Assembly (NCBI GenBank): GCA_965153455.1
Contig: OZ234494.1
Location: 9,548,001 to 9,612,000, forward strand
From: Sphagnum compactum
Taxonomy: Eukaryota
DNA: 64,000 nucleotides
Reading direction: 5' to 3'
Part shown: in pieces, positions 54,160 to 64,000 of the stretch
How the letters are laid out: every line of letters begins with the position of its first letter
How positions within the stretch are numbered: the stretch's first letter is position 1
Position numbers and translations under genes: made by a program
The notes under the pieces: generated by a model
Told to the model about the DNA's origin: nothing
Seen by the model: only the letters and a program-made list of their open reading frames with translations
Databases searched by the model: none

Positions 54160-54490
54160 TTTGCACTCCATCCTTGCTCATTTTGCAAGCTCCAGTCTGC
54201 TCCTGTACTCATCAACATCTCCACGGCATCACCATCACCAAGACAAACTGCCACATGCAAGGGTGTTTCCCGACCAGGAACATCATGCCTGTCAATAACT
54301 TTAGACACATCATTGCTTGCTGCTCAGCTTCCAGATATTGTGACTCCATGGAAACCTCACCAAGTCTTGCAGGCTCCAGTAATGTGGAAAGGATGCAACA
54401 CAGGGCAGCATGGTCTCACTGGGCCACAGCAGCGTGTACTTGACTATGTGCATACATTGCATGATCAACTCCTACAAACTGAGCCGTATG
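54160..54490 (-). pseudogene. Plant ANKRD13-like ankyrin-repeat gene, N-terminal fragment
   Basis: YAHSQVHAAVAQ*DHAAL...GEV...SKVIDRHDVPGRETPLHVAV...LMSTGADWSLQNEQGWSA; one stop and one frameshift. Confidence 0.9.
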
Positions 54491-56795
54491 GTCTTCTTCC
54501 AGTTTCCAAGTTCTTCACAGATGTGAAGACGGTTCACAATACTTCCCTATAGATGATACCAGGTGCCTACCACTAAAGCCTGCCTAATCAAGTCCTGTTG
54601 CTCATCAGTAGCACACCCCACAGATACCTCCAACAATACCCTAGACACAATTGTCACAGTCTTAACCAATGCTACTTTCATCATCACTAGCAACAGACTC
54701 CCTACTGTTGATATCCCTACACATGATCCCACAATCCGATACTGTGACCATGTTCAACAAGTGTTGAAGCTCTCCAAGTCCTGTAAACTTAGGTCAGAGT
54801 CTTCTTAGGGTTTGCTTTGACACTAGCAAGACACAGTTCAAGCAAGCCCAGTCTTAACACCACTGGAATTGAAGAATCATCCAGCACATGCAAGACCCTA
54901 CTACCACCTTCTCAAGGCTGCCAATCAAGTTCTCTGACATAGCTGCTGGCCGCCAACCAGCATCCATGCCACATTCCTTAGAATCACAAAGCAGGCTTGC
55001 TGTTACACCCTTGATGCACCAAATAACTGCCACATTACCCTTATTGCATGTCAGTCAATGCCCTAATCCCTCCCTCTCACTGTGCTCCTGTCGATTGGAA
55101 ACTACTCTCTCTCTCTCTCTCCCTGTCTTCCTTCTCTCTTGTGTGCTCCATCGCCATTGGCGTTGTAATTGCCAAAGCAATCAAACAAGCTTCTCAGAAA
55201 CTGCATTACATGACTCCTTAATACACAAACTCTCTTTGTCTCCCTCTTCTCCATACCACCTCCTCTGATGCTCCACTGTATCTTACAGTTTTTGTCTCAC
55301 TCTGAAAAACACTTCTCTCTTATCATCCTTCCTACAATTGGTATGTCTTTAGGAAGACTCAAACAGATTAAGCCACCATGATCAAGGCCCCCCCCCAAAA
55401 AAAACAGAAACAACAATGCAAGAACATCAGAACACTATCGTTACAAGTTTTTTTAGGGGCAAAAAAAAAATTCTGCTGCTGCACTGCAGCTACAACAACA
55501 AGAAGCCAGAAGAAGCCTCAAATGCTCAAAACTAGCTCAAAGAACACCACTGGGTGATCAGATCCCAAAGGCAGGGTCTGCCAGTGCCACAACCAAGCAA
55601 TCAAGAAGAAGAATTCAAGCCCAGCGGTTTGCAAAGGTTCCTGCATCCCTATTCTTTTCTGGCCCTACTGGATTTGGAATGTGGTAGCCATCCAAAGCCC
55701 CCAGCACAACACCAGGTCCATTTCATACTGCAGGGCAGGGGCAGCTTAGTTCTCACACAGTGCCTTGAGCTGTGGCCGCACCCTCACATCAAACACTACT
55801 AGCTTAGGGATTAGAAGTAATGGCAGTATGCACTAGAGCGATATTGCTATTCTAATGCTTGCTATCATGGCTGTTAGCAGTGACTGACACGAGGAGCAGC
55901 AGCAACAATTTCAGACAATCGGGTTAGATTATTAATTCCTACAAGCTTGGAAGTTGCAACATGTACCTCTATGGCTTGATAGGGAGAAGGAGCAGGGCCA
56001 TTGGGAAATCACTGGCACTAGAAAAGTAAAGACAATAGATCTACCCTCTGGTATTTTTTGTCCATTCAATAGTCTATACAGCAACCACAATTGCTTCCAA
56101 GAAGCACATACAACAAAATAGATTACTCCTTTCAACCACATGCACATTGAAAAGACTCTTATTTCTAGCATAAGTTCCTTGGTTCTAGACCAACTTCTGC
56201 CATAGTTTGCAAATGGCCTTCCTTTATGAGAAACTGTCTGCTGAAGGGGGAAGGAAAAATGCAGCAAGAGGACTAATCCAAAGCAATGATTAAGATGTAA
56301 TCAGATTACATCTGCCTGCTCTAATAATGGTTCAATCATCTAAATAAAAGGTTTATTTCTAAAAATTATATGAGGCAAATACACAGCTCTGATACATCGT
56401 ATGATACTCCAGCAATGTAGCTTAATGAAAAATCAATAATATCTTTCTTGTCAAAATTAAATACGTATATTTTCCAATTTCATTACAAGAAAGCAAAATA
56501 ATTGAATTAAATAGTCTACTTACTTCAAAATGCACCATGTTGAGTGATTTCTTCCTCTTGCATGTCCGCTTCTTGCATCAACAGCTTTACACCAAGTAAT
56601 TGTAGAGAAATTCCATGACTCAACTTTTTGTCAATAAAAGTAAACCTAACTGCCCCAATCTTCCACTCACTCCAATTACTACTTTTGATATCTCGTGAGA
56701 AACACATAAAAATCTCCATATGAATTGTATTATTCAAAATCTCTTTATGAATTATGACAGCATGACCTTGGCCATGACACATCTGAATTGCCCAC

Positions 56796-56927
56796 CTTGT
56801 TGATTGCAATAACAATTGGTAAATTAGCAACCTTGGCATGAATTATGGCCTCCATCATCAGCATCCACCACAATAATTGCAAGACACATGTAGCGACAGT
56901 CATATGTCCCTTGTAGGGGACTTGTAC
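56796..56927 (-). pseudogene. IF2: Plastid IF-2 GTPase-domain fragment with internal deletions
   Basis: VQVPYKG...CV [LDTPGH..RARGA missing] AIIVVDADDG [gap] EAIIHAKVANLPIVIAINK|gt. Confidence 0.85.
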
Positions 56928-57622
56928 CTCAAGTTCATGCACATGCTTCATCTGGTTTTCTGACTGTTGTGCCTGCATCCAGGTGATTTCATGCTGTAAT
57001 TGTTACATCTGCACCACCAGTCACAAATGCCCACAAAGAGTCAATTTTCAACATAATTAACTCATGCTCTTGTTTTACAGCAAGGTCTGCCCAGCCTGCC
57101 TGATTGCTTAGGATCCATTATCCACAAAAACCCTGAATCAACCTTGAGTTGGCCATATTAGTCCATATTACCTTGACATCAGATTTGGCCTTGTGCCGCT
57201 CAAGATGCTGGGACTCCTGCTCCCACCGCTGCTTTTTTAAGGCTATCAACTGATCTGTGATCTGCTTCACCTTCTCTTCATATTGTTCATGTAGACTGTT
57301 TCTTCTCCTCAAATCCTCTGGGAGCATTCTTGTCAATAGCCTCCAATTCTTTTTCAATGCCTCTACTTCCTCCTCGTTCTGTCTCATCTGCAGTATACGA
57401 ACCATGTGAGGAAGTGATGTGGAGCTACAACCACCAAGACCCGCATGCAAAAATACCCTAAAAGTTGTTAGCTGTAAACTCCACTCATCAAACCTGTTAA
57501 GCAGAGATAAGGCCATTGATGAGAAAAAATTTGGGTATTGAGCAGACCTTTGCTTCAAGCTCAAGCATGCGGGATTCATACTGCTGAGTCAAGTGCTTGG
57601 CCTCTGCTTCTAAGTTCTTTAC
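56928..57622 (-). pseudogene. Kinesin-4-like coiled-coil stalk fragment, three exons (57548-57622, 57172-57387, 56928-57008)
   Basis: KHLTQQYESRMLELEAK|gt, LHEQYEEKVKQITDQLIALKKQ...KAKSDVK|gt, QLQHEITWMQAQQ. The pattern fits KIF4/KIF21-type stalks, but coiled coils are hard to assign. Confidence 0.6.
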
Positions 57623-59386
57623 CTGATGAGGAGCTGCAGTAAGCATACCAATTGCTATCTCCAAATTAAATCTGAAATTTAGGCAATGTTGCAAACAAAA
57701 ACTAAAATCTATTCACAAAGAATTTCTTGAAATTCAAGTACACTGAGACTCATGCAATCTGATTGCCTCAACATGAGAATGCTGCTTTCATTTTCAGAGG
57801 TTGATGTTGTCAGTGTGCCCTCACATATCAAAGCATGCTTGATGGCAGCTCTCCAGTCTGTAAGTTCACATCTCCAAGCATGCCATGCTCAATGCGCTTG
57901 CAGGAGTTACTGTTGAACACAGTTAAGGCAAGGTGTAAAAGTGGCACAAGCCAGGAAATGGTATGGCATGTGCGGCTCAGTGACTACTCAACTGGCATCT
58001 TGTCCAATTTTCCTGTAGAAAATGGTAGGGCATGAAGGACACAGTACACAAACCCTACAATCCACTGCCCACAGAAAAACTCAGATCATTTGCTACCTGA
58101 GGTTTCCACCTTGTTCTACATGACAAATGGTAATGTGCTGCAAAATGGTAGTCCAAGTAGAAGATTAGTTATTTGGCTATCCTACTCTTTGTAAGCTACT
58201 ATAGTACTCAGGAAAATGAGTAATACTTTCTCACTGCTCTGCCTTGATGAAAGCGTCATTTCTCATACAGCTCACCACCAACTAGCTTGGAGTGGTCATA
58301 AATCCATTCATTTTTCTGGTTGATGAGCACCATGTCCTCAAATTCAGCATCCCAGATGACATTGGCATCACTAACACGGTAGTGTTGCAAATAAAAGACA
58401 CATTGCATTGATGTCCTTTCCAAACCAATCTGCAACGAACTCCCATTCTTTGAGACACAGAAGCACAAAATACCAACACCTTATCCTCACTTCAAGTTGC
58501 AACAAGCTTGTGATGGTAAGCTTCATTTTCATTGTAGCTTTTTAGCACACTAGTTACCTAAGACTAGAAGAAGATGGATCATAAGATGAGCCTCATGAAA
58601 ATGACATTGAGAAGTATACTTTTCTCTTTCTCATGAGCCTTTCCTCTTCACTCCCAAATTTGTACAAATTCTAGCTCTTACAAACATGTACCTACCTTTT
58701 CTTGCACAGGTGAGTTAATACCTACAAACCAACAACATTGTTCCATAAGTAAAAAAAGTGGTACCTTAAGTGCATTTTGGATTATCTGAACACCAACTTT
58801 TTAATCAAAATTTGCAGTTGGGAGCTTATCAAGATCTCATGAGGCATACAAAAGTGCCACACCTCCACCTAGAGACAGTCACACACAAACAGATGAGTTT
58901 TCTAATCAATACCCACAATGAGCACACACAAGCAAGACTGGGATTACAAAACTCTACAGTTAGGCAATATTTAAGCGATGATCTGTGCTGGGGTGAGACT
59001 CATACTGGGAACTATGTGTTCCTCCACTGCTGCCTTGGTGTCACACGTTCTTCTCATTAACCTCTACTTCACTTGCTCCACCAATCTGCTATCAGTAATA
59101 CCATCTGAGTGACCCAAACAAAAGGCAAGCACAAAGGCTCCCCAAGTATGAAATGGAAAAAAATACTTTTACATGTACAGATTTGAGAACTTTTGCATCC
59201 CTCCCTGATCTACATGAGTTGACTACCTACATATGCATCTATTATATGCATTGGTGCGGCACAACCTTGCATGCCCAATGGTGATGGTCACATTGCGCTG
59301 TGAGGCATTCTACCACTGTCAGCCAGGTTTTTCTCCAGCAGTAAAATGAGGAGAACTTGAAAGTGCAGAGAGCAATGATATACTAC

Positions 59387-60299
59387 CTGATCTGCAGGTG
59401 TGAAGAAGTTATATTTACAGGTGCGGCAGCACTGTCTTCATCCACTGGTGTAACCTCCTTCACAACAACGTTACTCTGCTCCTCCTGTGACGGACTCCAC
59501 ACGGCAGCTTCAGAGCTTTGAAAGCAACTCTGGGTCTGTCTAGCTGCAACTTCAGTTTTACCCTCTCCCGCAACTCTCAGCTGGACCTTGTCTTCATTCA
59601 TGCCCAATTGTGATGGTGCAACCAGATGGAAGGCAATGCTTGCTGACTGCCTTTTATCTATAACAACATGATTTGTCACACTCTCAACACTTGATACTTG
59701 TGAGTCTATCTCTGATGGTAAATTCTCCTTCAATGACTCCTGTTCATTGATATTATTGGCCTTGTTGCACTGTCCTGAATTAATGCCAGTGTCCTGTAGA
59801 ATCCGGCCTGCCACAGTAGCCAACAGCTCAAAAAACCCTGTGCGGGCAACCACTGCTGACTGGCACCATGCAGCTTCTCCTCAGCCCTGCACACACATCA
59901 ATGCACAACCTGAACATCAACATGTTTGTTCATATCCAAAGCTTGAAATCCATATATCAATCAGAAACAAAGGGGAAAATGAAGAGCCTTGCACAGTTAC
60001 AGAAATGACATGAACGAGCAAATAAATGCATCCTGCCTCACTTACAGGAAATCAAATGAGGAGAAGTGTGAAGAGCAGGTAAAATCAGACTCAAAACAAA
60101 AGAAAGTGTCTACAGAAAAACAAATGCTGCATATTATGCAACAGCTTCAGATGGAGACAACCAGTAAAGACCCATGGAAGCAGAAAGGGAACCCATTGAA
60201 AGAAGCAATCAATACCCGAGAAGAGCGCATCGCCCGGGGTAGTGCAGGCCCATCATATCCAGGAGACCCACCACTGAATCTGCGTCCTCGAGCTTCCAT
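59387..60299 (-). pseudogene. TRP: Telomere repeat-binding protein (TRP/TRFL family) 5' fragment, two coding exons (60216-60299, 59387-59886)
   Basis: MEARGRRFSGGSPGYDGPALPRAMRSSR|gt...ag|G*GEAA...FFELLATVAGRILQD. Matches the family motifs GY..P..PRA.RS.R and F(D/E)LLATVAGKLL; premature TGA. Confidence 0.8.
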
Positions 60300-61768
60300 C
60301 TTCCCCTCACACTACTACCCTTGCATCCAACTTGACATTCTTCCAATGGAATTACACAATTGTTGTCATATATGATCTCTTGAATGCAAAAACCGTGTTC
60401 CAAAATTCAATATCGTGTTCTCAGGATTGTTGTTCCATAGGGACTTCAAATGTTGACCACCAGACGTACAGCCCACAGCCAGAACAAAAATTATCTTCAG
60501 ATATTGTTCCCCATTTTGGTGGATTCTTCTGTACAGGAACAGAACAACACAAAAGCAACATTCAGTAAACTTGGCAGTTATGAAGCTTCCAAAATTACAG
60601 AAATAGTCAAATTTACAGCCTCTCAGAGATCTCCAGTAGACAAACACACAATCTGCTTCATTTCCTTGAAGAAGGTGAAGGAAAATCAAAGAATTCCTAA
60701 AGATTGGAACAAAACCCAATCATAGGTTCTTCCAACTCAGTCTTGCAGCAATGGCTGTGGTTCTGGAACCATTGAAGAAGACACATAACTGCATATTACT
60801 CCTTTGAAATCTCAGTGCCAAACCCCAATCAGTGGTTCCTTTCTTGTTTCCATGGTGCTTAACCAACTTCTCAATCCAATCAAAGAACAAAGGACCAAAG
60901 AGGCTCAAACAAAAGAGGCCTGCACATTTGTGAGATAACATGAAGCAGCACCACAACAGTGAAAACAAACAATGCATTATTCCAAGACTGGCATTGAACC
61001 ATGGCAATCCAACAGCATGGATGTCCATGGTGACTTCATAGCATGCTCATTGATCTAATGGGTTACACCTGGGGGGCAGCTTAAATCACAGACAGAAAGT
61101 GTTCAATCTGTTAATTGGTTGCATCCCAGAGAGTAAAACCTCTCTATTGGTAGTCCTCAGGATCACTGCAAAAACCTTCCGGGAATGAGGGTAACAAACA
61201 GGATCAAAGTTCTGACGTACTACCTACAACTCTTAAAAACCCATACTGTAACTCTTTTATGTTTCTCAACACACTTTCTTCAAACAGAAGCTCTCTCCCA
61301 AAAAAATTCTGACTCTACTGGGAAAAACAAATATTCTGAACAAAAAAAAGCGCAGCAGCAGCAGCATCTGACATCATCATCATCATCATCCTACCACCAG
61401 GGCAAATTTTTTTGTGAAAAATAAAACTTATTAGTGACATAATAATAAGCAAGAGACATTTGAGATCTCAACAAGCTCAACACGACTACTGATACAGAAA
61501 TTCCCCCTCCCCACAAAACAAAGAGAAGAAGCAATAAGATGCTTTCTCCCAGACAGAGAGAGTACTGCCTGCCATGCCACTCGCTCACATACATGCTTCC
61601 TTGGAAAACCATTGTTGTTGTTGAATTGGCAGGCAAAACCTAACCAACTAACCAGAAAGTGTCCTCCTTCACATGGACAATACTTCTGCTTGTTCTTCTT
61701 CATGTAGCAAAGACTTGCAACCGAGAGAGAAGCTCTTCCTAGCGAGCGAGAGAGAGAGAGAAACATAC

Positions 61769-62127
61769 CCAGGACTCCTTCCCTGGAATGGAACGACGAA
61801 AGAAGAAATTCATAATCGCCATAGAATCCTCTGGCATGTCCATCCAGAGCTTCAACCCTAATTCAGCAAATGACAAAAGTGCAGCATAATCACCCTGCAC
61901 AAAAGAAATTCAGCCAACATTGTCAACCCACTGAAATATCCCACTTCAATCAGCTTAGGTGAAAAACTCACATTACTGAAGATTCAAGAAAATAAGTCCA
62001 GAAACCTCTGCACAGGCAAGAAGCATTTTCGCAAGTGCTTGCCTTTTGGAAAATGACAGGCTCTTAGTGAGGCCAAAATCCAGAAGAATGGGCTTAAAAG
62101 GGGGCTCCTTGCTCACAAGAAAATTTC
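61769..62127 (-). pseudogene. ABC1/UbiB atypical kinase (ABC1K11-like) fragment, two exons (62006-62127, 61769-61894)
   Basis: ag|GNFLVSKEPPFKPILLDFGLTKSLSFSKRQALAKMLLACAE|gt, 111-nt intron, ag|GDYAALLSFAELGLKLWMDMPEDSMAIMNFFFRRSIP..|gt. Confidence 0.88.
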
Positions 62128-62189
62128 CTGCATGCACCCATACCCTGGTCATGAAAGAATGATTCCCAGAATTGTTTGCAGAATTTGCA

Positions 62190-62745
62190 ACAGTTGGTTG
62201 CATGCGTGATGATCATCCTGTTATCCCTTGTCCAGCAAATGTGTCTGCGAAAACCTGTATATTGGCATCAGGAGGCTCACCAAACAAGTCACCACCATAA
62301 TTCTGATCCAAAGAATCATCAGGTGGGTCCTGCAACCAGGAGATCATCTCATCATCTTGGATGTTGATGATTGGTGATGTCACCTGGTGGCCCCCAGCTG
62401 CAATTACAAAAGAAGTAGTAGTTTCATCATCATCACTGTTCTTGTTGCTGGCTGCTGCCACTTCCAGCATCTCTTGTGTCATTGATGGCAACACACCATC
62501 ACCGTCCTCTTCTATCTCTTGTCCAACACCCCAACTAGATGCATAACTCAGCTGCTGTGCATTACAACCTTCAGCACTCACACCTTGCATCTCAAAATGC
62601 CTATTTTCTACATCCCCATTTTCCATCCAAACCATTTCCAGACTGTCTTGGTCAGGCCTGCATACACAAAACCAATAGCCCAAAAGAAAGAACATCATCA
62701 AAGCCCAACTCTAAGTCTAGTTCCCCATCTCTTTTTGCCATGCAG
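62190..62745 (-). pseudogene. PIF: Phytochrome-interacting factor (PIF)-like N-terminal fragment lacking the bHLH
   Basis: RPDQDSLEMVWMENGDV (degenerate APB-like ELxWENGQ) and QDDEMISWLQDPPDDSLDQNYGGDLFGE (PIF EDEMxxWLxYPxDD motif). Confidence 0.75.
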
Positions 62746-64000
62746 TGTTGCCAACCAAAACCCATGAAGAAAATTGCATTGCAAAACCTCACGAACCAAC
62801 CAGGGATATATTTATTTGAACACACAAGAACAAGAACATGACTTGGATTGAATAACAACTTGATGCCAGACTTCTTGCACAGCCAGACTTCTTACGCAGA
62901 TGCCAAGTCAGGGAGGTGATCTCTTCTTTGGTGGTGGTGGATTGAATCGCCTTTTGCTTTGACTGCTGCTGCTGGCGTTGTGTTTGTCACAGCATCGAGC
63001 ATTCACCAATCCAGCAGGTATGCCATTTACAAAGACTCATGTGGCTCTGAAATCCAATTGAAAGTCTCCTGGGTTTGCAATGCAGTAGCTTCAGACATTA
63101 TGCAGGAGGAAGAGGAGAAGGAGGAGCTCAGAATCACACAGAAACAAAAGAAAAAGAAGAAGAAGAAGAAAGAAATACTGTAGCAAGAATTTCAGGGGAA
63201 GAAAGCTCAGCACACACCTTGCTTGAGGGATTTCTTCTCAAGCTCTCACTATTATCTGCTGCTGCAACACACCACCTTGCTTGAAGGATTTTTCTCAAGT
63301 TTTCATGACTTTGCACTATTTGCTGCTGCTGCTGCTGCACACCATCTTGGTTTTTTGAAGGATTTCTGAAGACCTTTCAATGAGTGCTCCATAGCTTCTA
63401 TTGGGTTTGAGATTTGGAGCAAACCTATGCTTTTCTTGACACATAGGTAGTGAGTGTCCTTGAGAGCGTGTGTCAAACAGTTGAGATATCCCACATATTG
63501 GGTCTGAAATCTAGTGTTTGTGGTGGTTTGCCAACCCCCCACCCCCCAACAGATCAGTAACTAGTAATTCCACAATCCCAAAACTTGCACAAACAAGGCT
63601 GCCACAGCAACAACAAAAGCAGCAAGAATTGGGTGCATTGTGATATCAATTCTTGACTTCTTGAAAAGCTTTGCGGGAACACACTGGCCATCATGGGTAC
63701 CATCCAGCAGCAACAGTAAACACTGCCTACATGCAAGTGAAGCTTTGTTCCAATGCAAAGAACAGGCCTCTATGATCTCCATGGAAGGAGAAATACTAGA
63801 GCTGAATCCTATCTTCAAACTCAGAGCCAACACTCTCACTGTTGTTGTTAGCATCAATGTCCAAAAGATGGTGTAAAGAAACAAGGGCTGCACTGCAAGT
63901 TTCAAGAAGAATGACTGCCCTGCCTGTATTTGTGAAACAGAGCAATCCAAGAATCAGGATCACACTGCATGTCTGATGCACATATCTACATCAAAAAGAA

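Noticed and set aside
56525-56600. EEEITQHGAF resembling IF-2 EAGGITQHIGA
   Set aside because: Short match and out of order relative to the IF-2 piece.

Overview
AT-rich, repeat-dense land-plant nuclear DNA with spliceosomal GT-AG introns and strong CpG/CHG-type C>T decay. The repeat style suggests a bryophyte such as Sphagnum, but that is an inference. No confidently intact host gene is present. The first ~43 kb is a nest of dead transposons: an RTEX/RTE-like LINE plus ~1.5 kb of flank present twice as a large inverted duplication (1-4509 vs 34802-40330), a CRE-like RT relic, a hAT element with TIRs and an 8-bp TSD, a MITE with a 9-bp TSD, several non-autonomous Helitrons, an odd element with asymmetric ends and a palindromic repeat array, and PIF1 and DUF6570 Rep-helicase remnants. 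The most striking feature runs from ~43.4 kb to the window end: a dense mosaic of intron-containing fragments from about nine unrelated conserved host genes (TOPBP1/MEI1 BRCT, DUF21/CNNM, plastid IF-2 in two pieces, HDC1/RXT3, ANKRD13-like, kinesin-4, TRP telomere-binding protein, ABC1 kinase, PIF). It lies directly 5' of a Helitron-like Rep gene on the same strand, and a full-length Ty1/Copia element (LTRs, PBS, PPT, 5-bp TSD) sits in an intron of the HDC1 piece. Gene identities come from motif recognition by eye, not from database searches.
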